Assembly (NCBI GenBank): GCA_036821185.1
Contig: DAISKD010000001.1
Coordinates: forward strand, 505,934 to 569,933
DNA length: 64,000 nucleotides
From: Chloroflexota bacterium
GTDB taxonomy: Bacteria; Chloroflexota; Dehalococcoidia; GIF9; UBA5629
Direction of reading: 5' to 3'
In this document: positions 30,353 to 38,565 of the stretch, piece after piece
How the letters are laid out: each line of letters begins with the position of its first letter
How positions within the stretch are numbered: the stretch's first letter is position 1
Notes under the pieces: generated by a model
What the model saw: only the letters and a program-made list of their open reading frames with translations
Database searches by the model: none
What the model was told of the DNA's origin: nothing
Position numbers and translations under genes: made by a program

Positions 30353-31970
30353 GGCAATGACCCAAGTATGCTCTGTCTGTGGAAGTAGCAACACCGAATT
30401 GGAGGACAAACTTCAGAGTTCCTTCTCCGACGAGTTGCTTGAGCTACATCGTTGCAGATCCTGTGGCACATTGTTTTACCCGCATTCAAAAGGCATTTCC
30501 TACGATGAATGTAGCTTAGGATCCACTAAATTCTATATAGAGTTTAACGCGGGCCTACATGCCCCCTCCCACTTTATAACCAACCTGCGTCAGTTAGCCA
30601 GGGCAAAGCCAAAACCTAGTTTTTTAGATGTCGGCTGCGCCTTCGGTTTTGCACTGGACATGGCCCGATACCTGGGCTGGGATGCCACTGGGGTAGAACC
30701 ATCGCCCATCGCCTTGGAAGGGCAAAGAACGCTGCAGTTAAACATCATACAGGATTACTTAGAGTCAGCCGACTTGCCGTCCGCCTACGACCTCGTCCTA
30801 AGCAGCGAAACTATTGAGCATGTCCCAGACCCGCAGGGCTTCCTCAACCTGATCAACAAATACCTAAAGCCTGACGGTATTCTGTGCCTGACCACGCCGA
30901 ACAGCGAAGCATATGCCTCTGAATCAGTAGGAGAAAAGCTAGCGATGGCCTCCGCAGGGGTTCATCTCAATATCTTTTCACCCTACTCCATCGGGTTGCT
31001 CTTGGAGAGAGCTGGCTTTGCCGACTGTCGAATAGAGACCAGCGGGGGCGTCACAGGGAAAAAAGGGCTGGTGGTTTTTGCCACTAAGACGGGCAGACTT
31101 CCTAATTTTAAATACATAGCACCACTCGACAGCTCTTGCATCAAATTCATGATCGAATATCTCGAATATTTGGTCGAGGCCCGGGAAAAAGAACGGGACT
31201 ACCTGTACGATGGGGCACTATACAGGCTCGTAGAGCTATATACGAACTTAGGGAATCTGGCGCAGGCACACAGGCTCAGCATCAAGTTGGATGAAAGCAT
31301 CAGTGCAAAATATACGGTCGTCAGAGAGGAGTCCATAGATGCTTTTCTTCAAGTAGCCCGGCAAAAAGCAATCGGTTTCGACGATTATATCGCCAGTTCG
31401 CCATCATTCCTATCGCGATATCTCTATTGCAAAGGCATGGTCTGCTTAAACTTGCTGAGCGACTTTGCCAGAGCGGAAAAGCTCTTCACTCTGGCACACG
31501 ATTTGTTTAGCCACGAACAAGACACATTCAGACAATCTTTCGCCTCAAATTGGCAAATGGCCAGCAGGGCAAAATATCATGCGGCCCTCAGTATGTTGTA
31601 TGCCAAAAACAAAAAAGAAGGTCTACGCATTTTCGATCAACTTTTATCGAATGAACATGATTGCCCTTCGGACCTGATTCCGCAGGTCCATCTTTACAAA
31701 GGCATAGCCCATTTGCAACTCGGTGAGATTATCAGCGCACTAAAATCGTTTACACTTGGTTTAAAAAAGGCAACCAAACAAGCTTTTGTCAGACGCGCCA
31801 TCGATTATATAATCCTTGTCCTAAGACAGGGATGGGAGTTATCTCTTTACGCAACCATCACAGATCCCAGTACCTATACTAAGGTACCCCGCTTTAGAAA
31901 ACTCAAGCTCCTGTTCTGGTTCACATTTAGGAGACTCAGGCGACTTCTAACGTTCATGTTCGTCAAATAG
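30330..31970 (+). CDS. Class I SAM-dependent methyltransferase with an N-terminal zinc ribbon and a C-terminal helical (TPR-like) domain of about 280 aa
   Basis: The zinc ribbon reads CSVCGSS...CRSCGT. SAM motif I FLDVGCAFGF and motif II-III LVLSSETIEHVPDPQGFLNLINKYLKPDGIL are present. The start is either 30330 (GTG) or 30358 (ATG). Confidence 0.7.
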   Translation: MGEANKVKAMTQVCSVCGSSNTELEDKLQSSFSDELLELHRCRSCGTLFYPHSKGISYDECSLGSTKFYIEFNAGLHAPSHFITNLRQLARAKPKPSFLDVGCAFGFALDMARYLGWDATGVEPSPIALEGQRTLQLNIIQDYLESADLPSAYDLVLSSETIEHVPDPQGFLNLINKYLKPDGILCLTTPNSEAYASESVGEKLAMASAGVHLNIFSPYSIGLLLERAGFADCRIETSGGVTGKKGLVVFATKTGRLPNFKYIAPLDSSCIKFMIEYLEYLVEAREKERDYLYDGALYRLVELYTNLGNLAQAHRLSIKLDESISAKYTVVREESIDAFLQVARQKAIGFDDYIASSPSFLSRYLYCKGMVCLNLLSDFARAEKLFTLAHDLFSHEQDTFRQSFASNWQMASRAKYHAALSMLYAKNKKEGLRIFDQLLSNEHDCPSDLIPQVHLYKGIAHLQLGEIISALKSFTLGLKKATKQAFVRRAIDYIILVLRQGWELSLYATITDPSTYTKVPRFRKLKLLFWFTFRRLRRLLTFMFVK

Positions 31971-31980
31971 TGGTGGCTAT

Positions 31981-32913
31981 TCACAACATCCGGCTACCCC
32001 TGCTACCATCAGGCACCCATAAGCAACGCCCACTGGTAAGCATTTGGATATAAGCGTCTCCTCTTCTTCTATTCCTTTGAAGAAGTCTCCTCTTGCGCCT
32101 TATGCCCTGATTCACTAACACCTCTTTCAAAAACAAGATTACTCCTATGAGCCATGGTATAGGTGCGGGGCTAAACAAACTACTCGGCCAGAATGCTTTG
32201 ACAAAATTCCCCAACTCCATGTTCTTAAAGTAAGTCAAAAGCATGTTTCTACAAATTCTTATTTTCCTCTTAATGCTCATCCCGTAGGCAACGCCTCCAA
32301 TATGATGGACCACAATGTTAGGGTTATGTACACACCAGTAGCCTTGAAGATTTATCCTGTACCCTAGATCATGGTCTTCCCAATCAGACACAAAATCACC
32401 ATCTAGGAATTCGCCGAGTTCACGCAACACATCGCGGCGATATATAGCAGCAGCACCACAGGGCGCGAGACAGAAACATGGAGTGTAAATAGCCTGACGG
32501 TGGACCGCTATCAGCCCGCTGGCATCAAAAAAAACAGGCGCGTACCTGACAAACGACCCCCTGGTAGCAATACTGCAGGATACGGCTGCGATTTTCGGAT
32601 TCGACTCCAGAGACTCCACTAGCCTTTCGACAAAGTCGCGCGGAACCGAACAATCAGGGTTCAGCAATACGATGTACTTGCCAGCCGCGCAATTCAGCCC
32701 AACGTTATTGGCTCTCACAAAGTCCACATTCTCGGGTAAAGCTATGAGCTTGACTCGGTGATAGTTATCTCGAATGAGCTCCCTAGAGCCGTCTGTAGAG
32801 GCATTGTCCACCACTATGACTTCATGATCGGGGTATGTCTGGTCAAGGACTGTGTCCAGACATTCGGTGATGTACCTTTTGCCATTGTAATTTACAATTA
32901 TGGTGCTGACAGC
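31981..32913 (-). CDS. Family 2 glycosyltransferase. The conserved N-terminus begins immediately after an in-frame TAG (32914–32916), and no canonical start codon lies upstream of the internal GTG at 32814.
   Basis: Hand translation of 32913 to 32815 gives AVSTIIVNYNGKRYITECLDTVLDQTYPDHEVIVVDNASTDGS, a canonical GT2 N-terminus. It is continuous with the ORF-track protein that starts MVDNASTDGS. Confidence 0.65.
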   Translation of the reverse strand, partial: AVSTIIVNYNGKRYITECLDTVLDQTYPDHEVIVVDNASTDGSRELIRDNYHRVKLIALPENVDFVRANNVGLNCAAGKYIVLLNPDCSVPRDFVERLVESLESNPKIAAVSCSIATRGSFVRYAPVFFDASGLIAVHRQAIYTPCFCLAPCGAAAIYRRDVLRELGEFLDGDFVSDWEDHDLGYRINLQGYWCVHNPNIVVHHIGGVAYGMSIKRKIRICRNMLLTYFKNMELGNFVKAFWPSSLFSPAPIPWLIGVILFLKEVLVNQGIRRKRRLLQRNRRRGDAYIQMLTSGRCLWVPDGSRGSRML

Positions 32914-33495
32914 CTATCTTTCCTTACCCTTGGCCGGCGGGATCGTCCAAACGATGAAGAAAGGCTTGACTTTCACTTTTTTTACGCCAAGAGTGACGTG
33001 CTCACTCTCTCTATCTGCCCCTTTCACACAATATACTGCGATGGTGATATCATCAAAATAATCAGAATGTAATGATAGAGCGACCATGAGATTTTGGGAC
33101 GCGCAGTTGCACAGAGGTTCGAAGATAAACGAACATGATTCTTTGTCTTTCACCGCGGACAGATCCACATGACACTGCCGAAGGGGCTTCGCTGAGTACT
33201 CCTTATACAAACCCAGCGTGAGGCGTCCTTCCCCTTCCCGGAAAGACTTCCCGCCAGTGCCGAAAATGAAATCAATCCGGTACAGACCATCTTCTTCGTA
33301 TACGAGAGGTGAGACTATGCTACTATTATTTTTGAGTAGTACTATCTTCGGGCGTGTAAACAGTCGCGCCCATAGTCTTCTGACAAAGTACACAAACCTT
33401 TCCAACTCAGACCAGCCTTCGCCTGCTATAAAGCCGACGCTGTTTGTCCTTGTAGTTGATTGTACCAGATATGTCAAGACACCGCGCGCATGCAA
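32914..33495 (-). CDS. Hypothetical 193-aa ORF, in frame with the downstream GT2 and separated from it only by one TAG codon. It may be an N-terminal domain of a fused two-domain enzyme.
   Basis: The end coordinates 33495 and 32814 differ by 681, which is 227 x 3, so the two ORFs share a frame. No recognisable domain was found. Confidence 0.35.
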   Translation of the reverse strand: MHARGVLTYLVQSTTRTNSVGFIAGEGWSELERFVYFVRRLWARLFTRPKIVLLKNNSSIVSPLVYEEDGLYRIDFIFGTGGKSFREGEGRLTLGLYKEYSAKPLRQCHVDLSAVKDKESCSFIFEPLCNCASQNLMVALSLHSDYFDDITIAVYCVKGADRESEHVTLGVKKVKVKPFFIVWTIPPAKGKER

Positions 33496-33520
33496 CGCAG
33501 TCCACTGTGCAAGCCCACCT

Positions 33521-34290
33521 TAAATCAGCAGCGAACATTCAAGTACCTGCAGATGGCGTAAAATACATCCTGCGGTCTCTCTATTAGGATGGTTGATGTT
33601 GGCGATTATCAGCAGCGCATTTTCGTGGTGGTCACCTTTTATCACACCGTGCTCCGTCTCCCGGGGCAATGTCTGCACCTTAGCCTCACCGAAGGGGCAG
33701 AAGCCGTGGTCGGAGACGATGATCAGTCCATTGGTCCGTCCTCCATAAAGCCGGTGGCAAACAGGAGTTCGCCAATCCTGTCATCCAGCCTGCGGCACCA
33801 TTCCAGGACGGTGTCCTCTCCCCAGTGAAAGTGCTGCGCCCTGTCCAGCAGGGTGTACACCGCGATGAGCAGGTCAGGTCTTCTTAGCAGTAGCGCCCTG
33901 GTCCTGGCAGTCACCGCTCAAGCCCCTCCTGCCATTCCCTCTCATTGATTGATAGCCCGAACCCTACCGGTCGGAAATCCACATTGAAGCAGTAAGGCGG
34001 CACCACAAAGGGTACATTCAATACACAGACCTTCTTCCCCTCCCTCTGCACTATGTCCCAGATGAAGTCAACCTTTATGTCCTCCCGCCTAACTATGTTC
34101 CCCCAACCACAAAGCTGTTGTGTCCGTGTTCCCGTTATGTCCTGCCGCAGAATATACCACACCATATCGAAGGCGAGACCGGCTTCTCCCTGATGACCAG
34201 CTCGCGGCAATCAGCGGTCTGGCTCAGCTTTTTGAACGAAGGCAGGAAGTCCAGGTTCGGCCTTACCACCGTCCAGGTGGCACCGTCTAT
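33521..34290 (-). pseudogene. Type I phosphodiesterase / nucleotide pyrophosphatase family gene (PF01663, alkaline phosphatase superfamily), shattered over at least 3 reading frames
   Basis: The frames are ORF 33911–34210, ORF 33723–33914 and an unlisted frame at 33521–33720. The fragments read DLLIAVYTLLDRAQHFHWGED and ...FMEDGPMD(stop), with the next frame reading NGLIIVSDHGFCPFGEAKV...HGVIKGDHH. Confidence 0.55.
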
Positions 34291-34304
34291 CCCCAGGACG
34301 AATA

Positions 34305-35138
34305 TCAATATCTGACCTCCAGCACTATGCCCGCGCCGATGTTTTTGCCCCGTGACAGGACAAACCTGCCCAGCTCCGGTATTTCACAGAACCTCTCCAC
34401 CACCAGCGGCTCGGTGTCAAAAACGATGGTCGCCGCCTCGTGTTCGCCAATGTGGTCAGGACGCTCCATCAGTACCTCACCGGTCTCCGAGTCGATCTTC
34501 TGACAAAACTCTCTGATACAGCACCTGACCCGTCGTGTACCGCATCTCAATTCCAGCGTGTCGCCAGTGCTCAGCCTGCCATCAAGCAGCACCGCCTCGC
34601 CAAGGAACCTGGTGGTCACCACCGGAGCACTGTCGACCAGCCCACCGACCTCGCCGCGCACTGCCCTACAGGTGGTAACAAGTCCCACGCTGTCTCCTTC
34701 CTCTGCTTCCTCAAGTTCACCCTCGAACCTCCTTATTTGCTGCACCCTCCCTCTGGACCCGGAGGGATAGAATACCAGTTCATCGCCTTTACACAGTTTG
34801 CCCGATTCCACCCTGCCCACCACGATTTCCCGCCCATCAACGGTATAAATATCCTGGACCACAAACCTCAACGGTCTGGTCTGCCGTCTTATCTCCATGC
34901 TGTCCAGCGCCTCTATAAGGGTAGCCCGTTATACCAGGGCATCCTTCCCGATTTGCGGTAAATGTTGTCCCCCCATGGCTGACCCCGGGATGAACGTAAC
35001 TCCATGATAACCGAACGAGTCCAGCAGGGCGGCGACTTTTTCCCTGACATCATCGAAGACCTCCTGCTGGTAGCCTACAGCGTCCATCTCGTTCACCACC
35101 AGCAGTTCCTTCAGCCCGAGCATCCGTGTCAGGAACAC
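34305..35138 (-). pseudogene. Sulfate adenylyltransferase large subunit-like GTPase (CysN/NodQ-like). It lacks the N-terminal P-loop region and is interrupted by an in-frame TAA at 34929–34931.
   Basis: The fragments LGLKELLVVNEMDAVGYQQEVFDDVREKV...IPGSAMGG and TLIEALDSMEIRRQTRPLRFVVQDIY...VVGRVESGKLCKGDEL...GRFVLSRGKNIGAGIV align by eye to the CysN G-domain end and domains II/III. ORFs 34929–35138 and 34305–34898 share a frame. Confidence 0.6.
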
Positions 35139-35182
35139 GTACCTCAGAGCTGGTTCAGATAGATCAGCGGTACCGACTGACT

Positions 35183-35235
35183 CCCTCCCATAATGGGAGA
35201 GAGTATGATGGGAGAGGGTGAAAACAAGCAGAGAA
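35183..35235. repeat. Degenerate copy of the palindromic G-rich repeat family (third locus)
   Basis: The sequence CTCCCTCCCATAATGGGAGAGAGTATGATGGGAGAGGGTGAAAAC shares the CCCTCCC...GGGAGAGGGTGAAA core. Confidence 0.4.
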
Positions 35236-35352
35236 GGAAGCCTGCTGTTCTGGCCTCAGGACTGAAGACCAAAGTGTCACCGGTCTACTGGACGGGTACC
35301 ACCTATTGACAGGACGACACCCGGAGGGGTAAATTCGGTCCCGGAGGTCGGT

Positions 35353-35811
35353 ATGAAGCTGGTCAGCGCCTGTCTGCTTGGGGTGAGGTGCAACTGGCGC
35401 GGGGATGAAAGCTACCTCGACGGGAATGTGCTGAAGCTGGCAGGGGCAGAGCCAGTGCTGCCGGTGTGTCCGGAGCAGCTCGGTGGGCTGCCCACGCCGA
35501 GGGTCCCGCAGGAGATACACGGAGGCAGCGGCGAGGACGTGCTCGTCGGCAGGGCTAGGGTCATCAATAAGGAAGGCGTGGACGTTACCGCACAGGTCAT
35601 CAGAGGTGCCGAGGAGACGCTGAAGCTGGCAAGGCTCGCCGGCATCACGGAGTTCATCGGTAAATCGGGAAGTCCCTCCTGCGGCTGTAACTGGATATAC
35701 GACGGCTCGTTTTCGGGAAAACAGACATCGGGCAAAGGGGTCACCGCAGCACTGCTGGAGAAGCACGGCATCAGCCTAATCCCTCAGGAGGAGCTGGCAG
35801 CACAGGGGTGA
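35353..35811 (+). CDS. DUF523 family protein (TudS-like Cys-rich protein)
   Basis: The N-terminus MKLVSACLLGVRCNWRGD and the later GSPSCGC match the DUF523 signature. Confidence 0.7.
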   Translation: MKLVSACLLGVRCNWRGDESYLDGNVLKLAGAEPVLPVCPEQLGGLPTPRVPQEIHGGSGEDVLVGRARVINKEGVDVTAQVIRGAEETLKLARLAGITEFIGKSGSPSCGCNWIYDGSFSGKQTSGKGVTAALLEKHGISLIPQEELAAQG

Positions 35812-35812
35812 T

Positions 35813-36772
35813 TCAGGAGTGCATTTTGTGGCTGACCACCACCCGGTATTCGCCATCACTGCGGCACTCCACCGGCACCTCCCCCTGGGGAGCATCGGAA
35901 TAGCGGGCGGTGAGCCTGGCAGCAAGCTCCACCGCTTCGGGCGTTTTGTCGCCGCGAAGAAGCCCCAGCGGACCGGGATAGCCTTTCACCTCCAGCACAT
36001 AGTCCCCGGGCTGCCTTAGCTCTAGAAGCAGGCTGTTCTCGCGTTCGTTCCTGCCGATCACGATGTGGGCATTGCCCTGGAAGAAATGTCTGCCGATCTT
36101 GAGCAGCTCGATGTCTTTTACGGTCACCTTCTGCTGCAGATGGAACAGTCCTCTGAGCCGCGCCGAAAATTCTTTGTTGGTGAGCAGACAGCCACCGCCG
36201 GGCGTGTGGTAGCCCATGATGCCGAACTTTTGTGCCAGCTCAAGCTGCGGTCTGCGGCCCCTGCCCTCAATAGCCAGCAGGCGTCCCCTGTCCACCCACC
36301 CCTCCCGCTCGGGCACCGTCTCAGGTAGCAGCTTCGCCGAGAGCGGGCGCAGGATGAGCCCCTCAAGCCCGGACCTCCTCTCCTCAAGGTGCAGCGCCGC
36401 CCGGTGCTGGGTCATCGGCCTCTCCCCGAGCACATCGCCGGTGACCAAAAAACGGGCACCCACCCCCTGTGCCACCTCCCAGGCACGCTTGAGCATGTAA
36501 ATGCGGCAGTCAATGCAGGGGTTCATACCGCTGCCATAGCCGTGGCGCGGGTGCCTCACCAGCTCGATGTAGTCGTCGCCCGCCTCTATCCTGATAAGAG
36601 GGACATCGAGCTGACGGGCAAGATGGGCGGCATAGTCCCTTTTATCGTCGGAGAAGGGAAGTAGCAGGTTCACCGCCACCACCTCCACACCCTGCTCCCT
36701 GACCAGCTTTATCGCCAGTGCTGAGTCGACGCCGCTGGAGAGCAGACCTATAGCTTTGATGCGTTCCACCAT
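35813..36772 (-). CDS. PP-loop superfamily ATP pyrophosphatase (ThiI/MnmA/LarE-like; possibly a thiolation-type enzyme)
   Basis: The N-terminal PP-loop variant GLLSSGVDSALA is present. The motif CIDCRIYM and a conserved GG...C region follow. Confidence 0.55.
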   Translation of the reverse strand: MVERIKAIGLLSSGVDSALAIKLVREQGVEVVAVNLLLPFSDDKRDYAAHLARQLDVPLIRIEAGDDYIELVRHPRHGYGSGMNPCIDCRIYMLKRAWEVAQGVGARFLVTGDVLGERPMTQHRAALHLEERRSGLEGLILRPLSAKLLPETVPEREGWVDRGRLLAIEGRGRRPQLELAQKFGIMGYHTPGGGCLLTNKEFSARLRGLFHLQQKVTVKDIELLKIGRHFFQGNAHIVIGRNERENSLLLELRQPGDYVLEVKGYPGPLGLLRGDKTPEAVELAARLTARYSDAPQGEVPVECRSDGEYRVVVSHKMHS

Positions 36773-36855
36773 GCCGCCTGAAGAAAATGCTAATCAAAAG
36801 GCTGGGCGTTCCTACGGGGACGCCCAGCCCTTTGGTGGGGTTTAAGAGCCCGGGA

Positions 36856-36996
36856 TTATCCCTTGCCGATGCGGAACATTTTGGTGCCGCATACCGGGCA
36901 GACACCCTGGGTAGCGGGCTTCCCGTTCTTCATCCGGATGTTTCGGGCGTCCTTCATCTCCCTCTTGGTGCGGCACTTCATGCAGTAGGCTTGCAT
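36856..36996 (-). CDS. Small zinc-ribbon protein (46 aa, DUF5679-like), absent from the ORF track
   Basis: Translation of the minus strand gives MQAYCMKCRTKREMKDARNIRMKNGKPATQGVCPVCGTKMFRIGKG. It has two CxxC pairs and a strong AAGGAGGTG ribosome-binding site 5 nt upstream. Confidence 0.55.
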   Translation of the reverse strand: MQAYCMKCRTKREMKDARNIRMKNGKPATQGVCPVCGTKMFRIGKG

Positions 36997-37163
36997 CTAC
37001 CCACCTCCTTGTTTGATGGTTGCCAATACGATAAACCATTCTATCTCGTGTTGTCAATAGTACTAAGGTGATATTTGCACCAATTTTTGAATTTTTGCCT
37101 TCTCCCCCCAGGACTGCTAAAATGGGGGCTCACAAGGAAATAAAACAAGAGGAACATCACTAC

Positions 37164-38564
37164 ATGACAAAACACCCCAGACCCAAGACGCTCGGCGCAC
37201 TTAAAGCCTCCGGCTACCAGCCGCTTACCGTCAGGGAGGAGATGAGGCGCAACCTCATTGCCATGATAAAGCAGGGGAAGACCGTTTTCCCCGGGATTAT
37301 AGGCTACGATGAGACGGTGGTCCCCCAGATAAAAAATGCCATCATTTCTGGCCAGGACATCATCTTCCTCGGCGAGCGCGGGCAGGCAAAATCGCGCATC
37401 ATGCGGCTTATGGTGAACCTGCTGGACGAGGAGGTGCCCTATGTCAAGGGGTGTGAGATCAACGACCAGCCTCTGGCGCCTATCTGTAAGCGCTGCCGCG
37501 ATAAGCTGGCAAAGGAGGGTGACTCCCTGGAGATAGACTGGCTCCCTCGCTCGGAAAGGTACGGCGAAAAGCTGGCTACGCCCGACATCACCGTCGCCGA
37601 CCTGATCGGCGATATCGACCCCATCAAGGTGGCTGAGGGCAGATACCTCTCCGATGAGCTTACCATCCACTACGGGCTCATCCCCAGGACCAACCGCGGC
37701 ATTTTTTGCATCAACGAGCTCCCCGACCTCAGCGAAAAGCTCCAGGTGAGTCTGTTCAACCTGATGGAAGAGGGCGATATACAGATAAGGGGCTACCGGG
37801 TGCGCCTGCCCCTGGATATATTGCTCGTTGCCAGCGCCAACCCTGAGGACTATACCAGCCGCGGCCGTATCATCACCCCGCTCAAGGACAGGTACGGAGC
37901 CCAGATACGCACCCACTACCCCACCACCATCGAGGACGAGATCGCCATCGTGGAGCAGGAGCGCAGGCGCTTCCGCGATGGCGACATCGAGGAGTATGTC
38001 CCTCAGTATATGAAGGAGATCATCGCCGAGATAACCCAGCTCGCCAGAAAAAGCCCTGAAATAAACCAGCGCTCCGGGGTCAGCGTCCGCGTCTCCATCG
38101 CCAACTACGAGACCGTGCTCTCCAACGCCATCAGACGGGCAGTAATGCTCGGCGAAAAGCTGGCAGTCCCCCGCATCAGCGATCTGCCATACATTATGTC
38201 ATCAACCATCGGCAAGATCGAGATGGAAGGCTACGAGGATGCCAAGGAAGAGAAGACGATAGAGCAGCTAATGAAACGGGCAGTGCTCACCACCTTCAAC
38301 CGCTGTTACCGCTCATATAACTTCGATGATGTGGTCTCTCGCTTCAATGAGGGCGTCACCTTCGAGACCTCGGATATGATGAGCGCTGAGAAGTACCTGC
38401 GCCAGGCGAAGTCGCTGGGTGGCATGATGCAAGCAGTGAAAGCAGTGATTGATTCCGAAAGACCGGAGATGGTAGCCTCGGCGGTGGAGTTCATCCTGGA
38501 AGGACTGCACCTCAACCGGAAGCTGAACAAGGAACAGGTCAAAGGAAAAACTATATATAAGTAA
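37164..38564 (+). CDS. ChlI/BchI-like AAA+ ATPase (start trimmed to MTKHPRP, which has an AAGAGGAA ribosome-binding site)
   Basis: The sequence GIIGYDETVVPQIKNAIISGQDIIFLGERGQAKSRIMR resembles the ChlI Walker A region. A sensor/arginine-finger-like region IFCINELPDL...NLMEEGDIQIRGY is present. Confidence 0.75.
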   Translation: MTKHPRPKTLGALKASGYQPLTVREEMRRNLIAMIKQGKTVFPGIIGYDETVVPQIKNAIISGQDIIFLGERGQAKSRIMRLMVNLLDEEVPYVKGCEINDQPLAPICKRCRDKLAKEGDSLEIDWLPRSERYGEKLATPDITVADLIGDIDPIKVAEGRYLSDELTIHYGLIPRTNRGIFCINELPDLSEKLQVSLFNLMEEGDIQIRGYRVRLPLDILLVASANPEDYTSRGRIITPLKDRYGAQIRTHYPTTIEDEIAIVEQERRRFRDGDIEEYVPQYMKEIIAEITQLARKSPEINQRSGVSVRVSIANYETVLSNAIRRAVMLGEKLAVPRISDLPYIMSSTIGKIEMEGYEDAKEEKTIEQLMKRAVLTTFNRCYRSYNFDDVVSRFNEGVTFETSDMMSAEKYLRQAKSLGGMMQAVKAVIDSERPEMVASAVEFILEGLHLNRKLNKEQVKGKTIYK

Positions 38565-38565
38565 T

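Noticed and set aside
34120-34503. 127-aa plus-strand ORF
   Set aside because: It lies antisense across the phosphodiesterase pseudogene and the CysN remnant and is Ser/Pro-rich with no motifs.
37041-37916. 291-aa minus-strand ORF
   Set aside because: It lies entirely antisense within the well-supported ChlI-like AAA+ gene. It has no ribosome-binding site or motifs and reads as a GC-rich shadow frame.
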